Positions 29,661-38,782 of a DNA stretch of 64,000 nt are shown here, one piece after another. Below the pieces are notes generated by a model that saw nothing but the letters and a program-made list of their open reading frames with translations, was not told where the DNA came from and searched no databases. The DNA is from an uncultured Methanosarcinales archaeon (GTDB lineage Archaea; Nanobdellota; Nanobdellia; Woesearchaeales; JAGLXL01): the NCBI GenBank assembly GCA_964384425.1, contig CAYLKE010000003.1, positions 26,147 to 90,146 on the forward strand, in the 5' to 3' direction. Position 1 is the first letter of the stretch, and each line of letters opens with the position of its first letter. The position numbers and the translations under genes were made by a program.

Positions 29661-30290
29661 ATGATTGAATTATATAAATATGTAAAAACTCGAAAAGCTC
29701 CCATTGATATAAAAAATGAACTAAGTCTATTAAAGAGTATTATGTTTCGCTATAAACGATTACATGAAAAATTATTACATATAAATATTCACCCAAAACA
29801 CATTTTTATTGAAAAACTAGAGAGATCTGAAGCTGAGATTATTAGTTTAAGACTATGTAATCTTCATGAACAAAATAAAAAAAAATATACTGAACTAAAT
29901 CAAGATAAAATTCCAGGGGTTATTCTTTATATGGCTCCAGAAAGAGCTAAAGCTGAGCCTGAAAAATTTAATATTACTACAGATACATATGCATTATCTG
30001 GCATAATTTATTATTTCTTTGCTGAAAAACATCCTGTTCCAGAAAAGTATATTAAAAACAAAAACACAATTGCTTTAATTAGTAAAATTAAATCTGGAAA
30101 AATAGTTGATGAAATTGATTTTGATCCAATTAGAAAATATCCACAAGGAATTGAATTAGAAAAAATTATCAGAAAAGGCATGAGATACGAACAAAAAGAT
30201 AGGTATCAAAGTTGTGATGAAATAATTGTAGAATTGAATAAGTATAATGATTTGGAAAAATACCAAAATAAAAAACAAAATGAATATTGA
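29661..30290 (+). CDS. Kinase C-lobe-only protein (pseudokinase or truncated kinase)
   Basis: LYMAPERA (APE) and D.YALSGIIYY (subdomain IX) are present. There is no Gly loop, VAIK or DFG, and the catalytic loop is degenerate (LHINIHPKHIFI). Confidence 0.55.
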   Translation: MIELYKYVKTRKAPIDIKNELSLLKSIMFRYKRLHEKLLHINIHPKHIFIEKLERSEAEIISLRLCNLHEQNKKKYTELNQDKIPGVILYMAPERAKAEPEKFNITTDTYALSGIIYYFFAEKHPVPEKYIKNKNTIALISKIKSGKIVDEIDFDPIRKYPQGIELEKIIRKGMRYEQKDRYQSCDEIIVELNKYNDLEKYQNKKQNEY

Positions 30291-31206
30291 ATATATTCTT
30301 AATGAATTTGAAAGATATAGGAGGAAAAAGTTTCTTATAGGTCAAGGAATAATAAAAGAAGAAAATGAAAAGGATAAAAAATTAAAAAATGTCACCAATT
30401 TAAATTCTGATGAAATTGAAGAAATAGAATATATTGTTGATTTGGATATTAATAATGATTTAATTAATGAAAAAGATGATCTATTTGATTATTATGAAAA
30501 ACAAGAACCAAAAAACACTATTGAATTGATTAAAGATGAAAGTGCATGGGATTTAGAAGAAAGTAATCCTTATGAGAATATTGATCAAATAAAAGAAAAA
30601 TATGAAATAAGAATTGACAAGTTCTTTGAAATGTGTAATAAAAATGATGCGCCAATAAGAGAAGAATTAGATCTCTATATTGAATGTATTAATGATTATT
30701 TGGTTGATGAGAAAATTATTGAAAATTTATTCAAGTATAAAGAATCAAATAATAAATTATTTTCAGACTATATTGATAAGATTATTAAATTATCAAATGA
30801 TAAAACAAAAGAAATTATTTCAGAAAAATTAAAATATACTAAAATAGACAAACAAATCCTTTCGTTACATAAATATTTTCTCAAAAAAAGTATGAATGAA
30901 ACCATGAAAGTTAATTCTCTTAAATCTTTATCTAGGATAATAGAATTAGATATCGATACATTTATTAGATTTTATAAAAAAACACTTCCCAAATTAGATG
31001 GTAGAGAAGCATACGAAGCATCATTGTTATTAGAGAAAATAGCTGAAAAAAATGAAGACAAAGCAATAAATTTGTTAGATTTGCATTTAGATTCTGATTT
31101 GTCTGTAACAGAGAGAGAATATAAACAAGCAGGAGTTATGAATTTCTATCTTAATTCAAAAAAAATATCAATGGAAGATAAGATAAATATGATTATAAAA
31201 ATATAG
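30280..31206 (+). CDS. Acidic helical protein; may be the N-terminal part of the downstream kinase gene
   Basis: ATG at 30280 overlaps the upstream stop. The downstream kinase frame is already open from 31182 and overlaps this ORF's end at an A5 run. Confidence 0.45.
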   Translation: MNIEYILNEFERYRRKKFLIGQGIIKEENEKDKKLKNVTNLNSDEIEEIEYIVDLDINNDLINEKDDLFDYYEKQEPKNTIELIKDESAWDLEESNPYENIDQIKEKYEIRIDKFFEMCNKNDAPIREELDLYIECINDYLVDEKIIENLFKYKESNNKLFSDYIDKIIKLSNDKTKEIISEKLKYTKIDKQILSLHKYFLKKSMNETMKVNSLKSLSRIIELDIDTFIRFYKKTLPKLDGREAYEASLLLEKIAEKNEDKAINLLDLHLDSDLSVTEREYKQAGVMNFYLNSKKISMEDKINMIIKI

Positions 31207-31343
31207 AATCAAGAAGAGTAATCATACATAAAAACCTATTTTCTAATTTACATATACTATTTAAAAATTATCAGAATGATTTTAGTTACATCATAAAAAA
31301 ATACTTTGGACATGTTAGTAAGACAGAACCAATAACACAATCA

Positions 31344-33086
31344 TTGATAAAATGTTTAGATTATGATATTGAAAGAGTTTTGAGTATTTTAGATTATAAA
31401 AATATAAGTTACACTCCATCAACTACAAATCTTATTAAAAAAGCCTATTTAATGAATTCAAAATTAACTGCAGAATATGTTAAGAAATATTTAAAAAAAG
31501 AAAATAAAGATAGCAAATATTTGTATCTTGCATTTAGGTTTATGGTAAAACACGATGCTGAAGTATTTGTAGATTTATACAAAAATATTACAAATAATAT
31601 TTTTGATAATCTATTTAATAATTCAAAAGACTATTCTGAAATAAGGCCCATAGTAAAAGCATTGAATTACTTAGTAAGAAAAAATATTAAATTATTTAAT
31701 GAATTGAGAGAAATGAGCAATACTTTTTTAGATTTTGAAATTGATGATAGCGACGATGAAAATTTATCTTTTAAAAAAATAATTAGTGTGTGTGAAAATT
31801 TTAAATATGCTTCTCAAAATTATGTTTTTAATTCTCCAACACAATTCTTAACTGATTATAATAATATAAATAATCAAATGAAAAAATTATTGTATATTAA
31901 TAAAATCAATGAAGAACAATTTAATACATTAAAGGAAGTGTATGTTCTCCCTGCATTAAGAAAATTAGCTAAAACCTTAGATTATGAAAAAATAAAACCC
32001 ATGGAAGAAATAGAATATAAATTTGTTAAAAAACTACTTAATGCGAATTTTATAAAGTGGGAAGGATGTGAAAGTGAAGAAGATATATTAAAAAAAATTA
32101 ATCCTTTATTTCATACAAGGAATAAATCTATACATTATAAAAAATATCATTCTATATTAGACGAGAAAAAGATTACGTCATTAAAAGAATTGCTTGAATG
32201 CGCTTCATATGATTTTGAAGGCATTTTCATAAAAAAATTAGGAGAAGGGTCTTTTGGTAATACTTATCTTGCCAAATTTATTGACAAAGGAGATAGGGCA
32301 GTTAAAATTATTAAAAAAAACAAAAACTTAGAAGAATCAATTATTTTGGATAAATTAAATCACAAGAACATTGTGAAGCTTTATCATTCGTCAGATAATG
32401 AGATTTCTAAATATGGAGAAGATTGTTCTTCTATATTTATGGAGTACATAGACGGAAAAGAACTAAGAGATATAATCGACAATAAAGAATTTAAAAAAGA
32501 AGATGCAAAGGAATGGACTTTAAACCTATTGGATGTTGTAAATTATCTTAATGAAAAAGAGATATACCACAGAGATATTAAACCAAGAAATATTAAAATA
32601 GATAGCAAGGGAATTTTAAAATTATTAGATTTTGGTGTTGCAACAACTAACATAGAAGAATATGAAGAAAAGTACAATAGAAAATATGGTGGAAGAAATA
32701 ATCTTTATTCTTTAAGTCTTATATCTTACGAATTATTTACAAGAGAATATCCTATTAAAAATGAAAAATTATTATCTACTAATTCCTTTAAAGATATGTT
32801 GAAAATATTAAAAGATGAGATGTTAGATAATGGAATCCTCAAAGATAAGTACAGATCTAAAATAAAAGAAAACATGCCTAAAGAGTTTCAAGAACCTATC
32901 ATTGCTGCTTTAGAATACAGACCACAAGAAGAATTAAATAAAGCTTTTTTTAATTTGAATGAAATAATCAAAATAAAAGAATTTGAAAGAAAAAGACCTA
33001 AAATAATCCAAACAATGAAAGATTGTGGATTTAATATTGATGGTATTACATATGATAAATATAAAAAAATAAAAAAATCATTTTAA
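31344..33086 (+). CDS. Ser/Thr protein kinase with N-terminal helical-repeat region
   Basis: GEGSFGNTY, AVKIIKK, HRDIKPRNIKID and LLDFGVA in the C-terminal 300 aa. The annotated start is TTG, and no ATG occurs in the open frame back to 31182. Confidence 0.75.
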   Translation: MIKCLDYDIERVLSILDYKNISYTPSTTNLIKKAYLMNSKLTAEYVKKYLKKENKDSKYLYLAFRFMVKHDAEVFVDLYKNITNNIFDNLFNNSKDYSEIRPIVKALNYLVRKNIKLFNELREMSNTFLDFEIDDSDDENLSFKKIISVCENFKYASQNYVFNSPTQFLTDYNNINNQMKKLLYINKINEEQFNTLKEVYVLPALRKLAKTLDYEKIKPMEEIEYKFVKKLLNANFIKWEGCESEEDILKKINPLFHTRNKSIHYKKYHSILDEKKITSLKELLECASYDFEGIFIKKLGEGSFGNTYLAKFIDKGDRAVKIIKKNKNLEESIILDKLNHKNIVKLYHSSDNEISKYGEDCSSIFMEYIDGKELRDIIDNKEFKKEDAKEWTLNLLDVVNYLNEKEIYHRDIKPRNIKIDSKGILKLLDFGVATTNIEEYEEKYNRKYGGRNNLYSLSLISYELFTREYPIKNEKLLSTNSFKDMLKILKDEMLDNGILKDKYRSKIKENMPKEFQEPIIAALEYRPQEELNKAFFNLNEIIKIKEFERKRPKIIQTMKDCGFNIDGITYDKYKKIKKSF

Positions 33087-34010
33087 ATTCAATCCATAAA
33101 TAGGAGATCCAGATTCATATATCTTGAATGCAATATTACATAAAATATGAATAATTCTAATTTCTTGTTTAGGAACTTTTTCTATTAATTCTAATCCTTT
33201 GTTATTCCATTTAGTTTTGTTATTTGCAATTCTTTCGCCTAATACTAAATCAAATGTATAATAGAAATTATAAAGATCATCAACCATTTTATTTACTTCC
33301 TTATATAAATTCATTGTAGATTTAGATACTGTAATGTTTTTTTCTTTAATTTCATCCATATATCTACAAATATACTTATAATCATCTGCAAGATCTTCTA
33401 GCCTCTGTAACAACAAAAACATAACTGTTGGTGTTTCAAATAAATTCTTTTGCATATTAACAACCCTACAACAATACATATAAAATTTATTTTGAGCATA
33501 TTCAAGACTTGCAATATTTTTTAATTCACCATATCTTTTATTTTTAATAGCATCATAAGATTCATTTGCAATAGATTTAGTTAAGAGAAATAATCTTCTA
33601 AATGATTTATCAAACTGCCCTTCATCTGTCTTAAATATGCTTTTTAAAACAACTATGCCTTTATTTTGTTCTGTTATTTCAAAACCCATCAATAAAGGTA
33701 AAGTTTTTTGGATGCTTTTAAGCATAGAAGTATCTTCATATTTTATTGATATCTCAGAAATACCTTTTCTATATAAATTAAATAGTGTTCTAGTTAGATG
33801 TCTTTTCCCTTGAATTTTCTTAAAAGAAAGTTCTATTTTCTTTTTTGTATTATATTTATCATAGTACAAACTTAATTTATTACCTTCTTCAACCAAATCA
33901 ACCTCATCTCCTTTCTTCACATTATTTGCCTTAACCCATTTACTTGGTAAACTCACCATCAATGTTGCAGGTCCTTGTTGTACGACTTTTCTTTTCATAT
34001 TTTTCACCAT
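33078..34010 (-). CDS. AbrB/SpoVT-domain + PhoU-like regulator
   Basis: N-terminal VVQQGPATLMVSLPSKWVKANNVKKGDEVDL (swapped-hairpin AbrB type), followed by a helical PhoU-like region. Confidence 0.6.
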   Translation of the reverse strand: MVKNMKRKVVQQGPATLMVSLPSKWVKANNVKKGDEVDLVEEGNKLSLYYDKYNTKKKIELSFKKIQGKRHLTRTLFNLYRKGISEISIKYEDTSMLKSIQKTLPLLMGFEITEQNKGIVVLKSIFKTDEGQFDKSFRRLFLLTKSIANESYDAIKNKRYGELKNIASLEYAQNKFYMYCCRVVNMQKNLFETPTVMFLLLQRLEDLADDYKYICRYMDEIKEKNITVSKSTMNLYKEVNKMVDDLYNFYYTFDLVLGERIANNKTKWNNKGLELIEKVPKQEIRIIHILCNIAFKIYESGSPIYGLNLK

Positions 34011-34129
34011 TTATTCTTATTTTTTAAAATATTCGAATATTATTATGCATTATTATTATATTAGGATTAAGTATATATAAATCTTTTCCATTATTCGTAA
34101 TATATTCAAAAAAGAGGAGGAAAACCAAA

Positions 34130-34582
34130 ATGAAAACGAAAGACATGAAAATTATCGCACACCTAAGGCAAAACGCAAGAATGCCTTTAACAAAAATGAG
34201 TAGAAAAACCCATATTCCAGTATCAACACTATTTGACAATTTAAAAGCAAAAGAAAAATCAATCATAAGAAAACACACAAGTCTTCTAAACTTCAGTAAA
34301 TTAGGATATGATGCAAGAGCAAATATTGCATTAAAAGTAGACAGAGATGATAAAGAAAATCTATTAAAACAATTGAAGATGGCAAATGAAGTTAATTCTC
34401 TGTATAAAATAAACAATGGATTTGATTTTATGATAGAAGGGATATTCAAGAATGTTAGAGAAATGGAATCTTTTATAGAAAACTTAGAAAATAAATTCAA
34501 GATAACAGACAAGAAATTCTTTTTTATTATAGAAGATCTAAAGAGAGAGGAATTTATGGGGAATCCTAATCTAATTAATTAA
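34130..34582 (+). CDS. Lrp/AsnC-family transcriptional regulator (copy A)
   Basis: HTH_AsnC N-terminus (KIIAHLRQNARMPLTKMSRKTHIPVSTLFDNL) plus a RAM-like C-terminus. Near-identical to 36992..37441. Confidence 0.8.
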   Translation: MKTKDMKIIAHLRQNARMPLTKMSRKTHIPVSTLFDNLKAKEKSIIRKHTSLLNFSKLGYDARANIALKVDRDDKENLLKQLKMANEVNSLYKINNGFDFMIEGIFKNVREMESFIENLENKFKITDKKFFFIIEDLKREEFMGNPNLIN

Positions 34583-34601
34583 TTTTTTATTTTGTTTTTA
34601 T

Positions 34602-35210
34602 TTAATATTTACTTAACACATACTCTTCAATTAATTGCCTAAATTCTATTGCTTTATCAACTGCTTTCTTTGCTTCATGCATTTCAGCCAATCTTGTCAT
34701 TCTATAAGTAAAGAAGTTTCTATTGTCTTTTTGTTTTTTCAAATCTCTTGCACATTTTTTAACTCTCTGTAATTCCAAAGTTTCGTCTTGTAAATCTTGA
34801 AACATTGCCAATGCTTTTGACATCCTACTAGTTGTTATTTTGTTGTTATTTTTTTGTTCAAGTTCAGAACCTTTAATAATATAATAAAACAAAAATGCCA
34901 AATAGGTTTTTTTATGAGTATCTTTCACATTATCTGGAAGTTTTTTATTATCTAAACTCAAAAGATATTCTACTTCAAAAAACATAGAATAATAACTTTG
35001 AGTAATTATCCAAATAAAAACACTTTCGTTATCATTCAATTCATTTGTTTTTTCTATCTTATCCAAAAGATAAATTGATAAGTTCAATGAATCTTTTGCT
35101 TTTCTTTTACAATGTTCTATAAATTCTTCAGAAGGTATTTTCCAAATATTTTTATTATCCCATTTAATAAAAACTTTTTTTGCTTCTTCAATATCCCTTT
35201 TCTCTAACAT
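34602..35210 (-). CDS. HEPN-domain protein (pair 1)
   Basis: All-helical, with QSYYSMFF and NRNFFTY motifs. Overlaps the stop of the upstream MNT gene. Confidence 0.55.
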   Translation of the reverse strand: MLEKRDIEEAKKVFIKWDNKNIWKIPSEEFIEHCKRKAKDSLNLSIYLLDKIEKTNELNDNESVFIWIITQSYYSMFFEVEYLLSLDNKKLPDNVKDTHKKTYLAFLFYYIIKGSELEQKNNNKITTSRMSKALAMFQDLQDETLELQRVKKCARDLKKQKDNRNFFTYRMTRLAEMHEAKKAVDKAIEFRQLIEEYVLSKY

Positions 35211-35826
35211 ACTGTTTCACCATTGCATAATATTGTTCTGTTCCAAAAACAACAATTCCATGTTGAAAGGCACTTCTTCCGACACTATTTCTTTTTTCAA
35301 GCATCTTCATAAAATCTTCAACACAAACAATATTTATGTCTTTTTTGAATGCAGTATGTAATCTAGATATTTTATTAAGTCTTTCCTTGTATTTCTCGGT
35401 ATCTTTCCGATAAGGAATAATAAAAAGTAAATCCAAATCTGAATTTTTAGTATGTTTTTGTTTTGCATAAGAACCAAAAATAACTAAACTATAAAACATA
35501 TCATATAAATCTTCTTTTATTTCTTTTAAAAAAAGAACAATTTTTGGTTTTTTCTTCAAAAAATTATTTCCCTCATATAATATAGCAGAACTTAACCTAT
35601 CTATTGAAACATTGCAAAAATCAATAGATATCAAATTAGATCTTCCTTTTTTCTCTAATTTTATTATTTTTCTCTTAATCAATCCAGGAATTATTTTATG
35701 TACTGTTACATAAGACAAATTAGTTTCTTTTGATATTTGGTTTAAACTTTTACTTTCCAAAGGAGATCTAAGTAATTTTCCAATTATTTTATTTTTAGTA
35801 TCAGTATAATTTTTCATATTATTCAC
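35188..35826 (-). CDS. wHTH + minimal nucleotidyltransferase (MNT) protein (pair 1)
   Basis: IFGSYAKQKHTKNSDLDLLFI (GS...D.D NTase motif) with an N-terminal wHTH. Confidence 0.75.
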   Translation of the reverse strand: MNNMKNYTDTKNKIIGKLLRSPLESKSLNQISKETNLSYVTVHKIIPGLIKRKIIKLEKKGRSNLISIDFCNVSIDRLSSAILYEGNNFLKKKPKIVLFLKEIKEDLYDMFYSLVIFGSYAKQKHTKNSDLDLLFIIPYRKDTEKYKERLNKISRLHTAFKKDINIVCVEDFMKMLEKRNSVGRSAFQHGIVVFGTEQYYAMVKQYVREKGY

Positions 35827-35932
35827 TTAGTATATAATATTATATACTAAATATATAAATGTTTCTATACTTATATTAAATTGTTAATTATTTTACATAA
35901 AAACCATTTATTATATTATTAATATAAATTAT

Positions 35933-36874
35933 CTAATGAAGAATTTTCTCAACTTCTATTCTATATTCCATAATGGTTGCATCACCAATATGTTTATGAA
36001 TCTCTTTTCTTATTTTTTTATATTGTTCGTCTTTTTCTGTTTGAAATGCATAATATAAATTAACATATCCTACTGCTTTAATGATTATTACAAAATGAGG
36101 ATTTCCTCTGGCCCATTTAATAAATTTCTCAATCTTTTCTTCTTCAGCAGGATTAATTCTGCAAATAAAGGTATACTCTCTAATTCCAATTTTAGGAAAT
36201 TCAACTAAAGGGTAAAATCTTTGAATAATGCCTTCTTTTTGTAATTTTTTCATTCTTCTCTTAATAGTATCATGATGAACATTAATTTTTTTAGACATAT
36301 CTAATATATGCATTCTAGAATTTTCTTTTAATAAATGAATAATTCTTTTATCAGTTTCATCAATAATTATATTTTTAGTTTTATCTTTTATATCGCATTT
36401 AGCAATTTTATCTTTATTTAGTAATCTTGTGAGATAAGTATAACTCCTGACACTTTGAAAACTAATATAATTAGTTACATGATCCTTTAAAATTTTAAGA
36501 ACCTTTGTTTGTATTTTATCATATTCTTCAATTGTTTTAGTCCAGACACTCACATATAATTTCCATTGACTGATTTCATGTAAAACATAACAGCAACTAA
36601 TCTTTTTAATTTTTAAAATTTCATTTATTTTTTTATTTATTTCATCATCATAAGTATTTTTAAGATCAAAATATATTGAATGTCTATTCATACTTAAAAG
36701 TTGATAATTAATCATAGTAGTAAATTTAGTTATAATGCCTTCATTAATCATCTTATTGATTCTATTAGAAATAGTTTTTTCAGGTATTTTTGTTATTTTT
36801 GACAATTGTTTATTTGATAACCTTGAATTTTGAAATAATTCAAATAATATTATTTTATCTTTTTTATCGAGCAT
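35933..36874 (-). CDS. Tandem (double) Lrp/AsnC-type regulator
   Basis: Two HTH_AsnC modules (KIILFELFQNSRLSNKQLSKITKIPEKTISNRI and RIIHLLKENSRMHILDMSKKINVHHDTIKRRM). Start set at MLDKKDK. Confidence 0.7.
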   Translation of the reverse strand: MLDKKDKIILFELFQNSRLSNKQLSKITKIPEKTISNRINKMINEGIITKFTTMINYQLLSMNRHSIYFDLKNTYDDEINKKINEILKIKKISCCYVLHEISQWKLYVSVWTKTIEEYDKIQTKVLKILKDHVTNYISFQSVRSYTYLTRLLNKDKIAKCDIKDKTKNIIIDETDKRIIHLLKENSRMHILDMSKKINVHHDTIKRRMKKLQKEGIIQRFYPLVEFPKIGIREYTFICRINPAEEEKIEKFIKWARGNPHFVIIIKAVGYVNLYYAFQTEKDEQYKKIRKEIHKHIGDATIMEYRIEVEKILH

Positions 36875-36991
36875 AAAATAATTAAAAAGCATATTTTATA
36901 AATATTTGCTTAATTTCAGCCATTTTTCTTAAAGAATATATAATAACATGAAAAATATTTTCTTTGTAAACAAAAAAAAGGAGGATTTACA

Positions 36992-37441
36992 ATGAAACCG
37001 AAAGAATTGAAAATTATCGCACACCTAAGACAAAACGCAAGAATGCCTTTAACAAAGATGAGCAGAAAAACCCATATTCCAGTATCAACATTATTTGACA
37101 ATTTAAAAGCAAAGGAAAAATCAATTATAAGAAAACATACTAGTCTTTTAAACTTCAGCAAATTAGGATATGATGCAAGAGCAAATATTGCATTAAAAGT
37201 AGACAGAGACGATAAAGAAAATCTATTAAAACAATTGAAGATGGCAAATGAAGTTAATTCTCTGTATAAAATAAACAATGGATTTGATTTTATGATAGAA
37301 GGGATATTCAAGAATGTTAGAGAAATGGAATCTTTTATAGAAAACTTAGAAAATAAATTCAAGATAACAGACAAGAAGTTTTTCTTTATCATAGAAGATC
37401 TGAAAAGAGAGGAATTCATGAGTAATGAGAACTTGGTTTAG
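36992..37441 (+). CDS. Lrp/AsnC-family regulator (copy B) with replaced C-terminus
   Basis: Near-identical to copy A up to ...REEF. It ends MSNENLV where copy A ends MGNPNLIN, because an inserted cassette starts at ~37417. Confidence 0.8.
   Translation: MKPKELKIIAHLRQNARMPLTKMSRKTHIPVSTLFDNLKAKEKSIIRKHTSLLNFSKLGYDARANIALKVDRDDKENLLKQLKMANEVNSLYKINNGFDFMIEGIFKNVREMESFIENLENKFKITDKKFFFIIEDLKREEFMSNENLV
37336..37420. repeat. 85-bp direct repeat, left copy (right copy 43873..43957)
   Basis: Base-by-base comparison shows the copies are identical except one C/T at 37417/43954. Confidence 0.9.
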
Positions 37442-37541
37442 GCATATAATGTCGGAAAGTTTACGAAATCTGAAACATATAATTAATATAGACTTTTCAT
37501 TATATTGTATTTTTATATATGTATTAAGACAATTCAGAAAA

Positions 37542-38408
37542 ATGAATAAAATTAAAGCAAATAAAATAAATCTAGCAATTATTTCTCCTTTTAATTATTT
37601 GGAACACTCTCTAAAAGGAGATATACACATGGCTTTAACTCATTTAGTTCTAAATGAAGATAATTTAGAATATGTTCAGTTTTATCGTCAATCGAATAAA
37701 TATAAAATATTAGATAATTCGGCATTTGAGCTAGAAGAATTAGGGGTTGGGTTAAAATCAAACCTAGTTTTAAAAGCAGCTGATATTATTTCAGCAGATG
37801 AAATAATTGCAACAGATGTACTTTACAAAGCAGAGGAAACAATTGAATCAACAATAAATTTCATAAATGATGTAAAAAATAAAAATAAACATTCAGATTA
37901 TAAAATTCAGGCTGTTGCTCAAGGATCATCAAAAAAAGAGATTTTATATTGTTTTCATGAATTAATGAAAATGAATAGTGTTAATGTGATTGGATTAAGC
38001 AAATTAGGAATTCCTGCTTCATATAAAGATCACATAATGGAAGGCGATGTCATGAGATCAAGAATTAGTTTCATTAACACAATAATTAATTCTAAAAAAT
38101 ACAAATTAATAAATTCACAACTTCAATTTAAAGATTATTCTCCAAAAAGCTTACATTTATTGGGGAGCGATAACAGGGGCTTTCAAGAATTATGGTACTA
38201 TAGGAATATTCCATTCATAAGATCCATGGATACTTCAATGCCTATTTGGTATGCATTAAATGGAAAATACATAAGTGAAAGTGAAAATTTTATTCCTGAA
38301 TTATTTAAAGAGAAAGTTGATTTTAAATATACAGAAGAAAATAAAAAATTGTCCTCAAAAAGAATTAAGAATAATTTAGAAAAACTAATGAAAAATTCAT
38401 GGAGGTAA
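37542..38408 (+). CDS. TGT-superfamily TIM-barrel protein, DpdA-like (putative base-exchange transglycosylase)
   Basis: Ordered motif matches to tRNA-guanine transglycosylase: LDNSAFE (cf. DSGGFQ), QAVAQGSS (cf. GIVQGG), NVIGLSKLG (cf. AIGGL), LHLLGSDN (cf. YLMGVG), SMDTSMP (cf. FDCVLP). No Zn site or PUA domain. Start set at the ATG at 37542. Confidence 0.5.
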   Translation: MNKIKANKINLAIISPFNYLEHSLKGDIHMALTHLVLNEDNLEYVQFYRQSNKYKILDNSAFELEELGVGLKSNLVLKAADIISADEIIATDVLYKAEETIESTINFINDVKNKNKHSDYKIQAVAQGSSKKEILYCFHELMKMNSVNVIGLSKLGIPASYKDHIMEGDVMRSRISFINTIINSKKYKLINSQLQFKDYSPKSLHLLGSDNRGFQELWYYRNIPFIRSMDTSMPIWYALNGKYISESENFIPELFKEKVDFKYTEENKKLSSKRIKNNLEKLMKNSWR

Positions 38409-38782
38409 AAATGAAAATCAAAAGATGGGTAACTATAAAAACATCATTTAATGGAATTCATAATTGGGAAAGATGCCCTATCAAAAGTGTAAATTTTCTT
38501 AAATATCCACATAGACATAAATTTTTAGTTAATTTAAGCATTCAAGTAAATGATGCTGATAGAGAAATTGAATTTTTTGTATTTCAAAAACAAATCAATG
38601 AAATAATAAAATCTTTATTTGAGAAACAAGAAAATGGTTGTTTGAATTTGGGATCAAGAAGTTGTGAACATGTATCTGATTTAATTTATAATAAAATAAG
38701 TGAAATTTATGGTAATGCAAATTGCCGAATAACTATTAGTGAGGATGGTGAAAATGAAGCAACCTGTGAATATGTCAATTGA
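38399..38782 (+). CDS. QueD/6-pyruvoyl-tetrahydropterin-synthase-like (T-fold) protein
   Basis: FNGIHNW..C...YPHRHKF.V.L (His triad plus Cys pattern), SCEH, and a C-terminal ...ATCEY comparable to the QueD C-terminus. Overlaps the upstream gene. Confidence 0.55.
   Translation: MEVKMKIKRWVTIKTSFNGIHNWERCPIKSVNFLKYPHRHKFLVNLSIQVNDADREIEFFVFQKQINEIIKSLFEKQENGCLNLGSRSCEHVSDLIYNKISEIYGNANCRITISEDGENEATCEYVN

Noticed and set aside
34024-34512. 162-aa and 167-aa ORFs (34024..34512 and 36916..37419), which look conserved because they occur twice
   Set aside because: Both are antisense shadows of the duplicated Lrp/AsnC genes. The sense strand has clear HTH_AsnC motifs, while the antisense products are low-complexity F/L/S/I strings.
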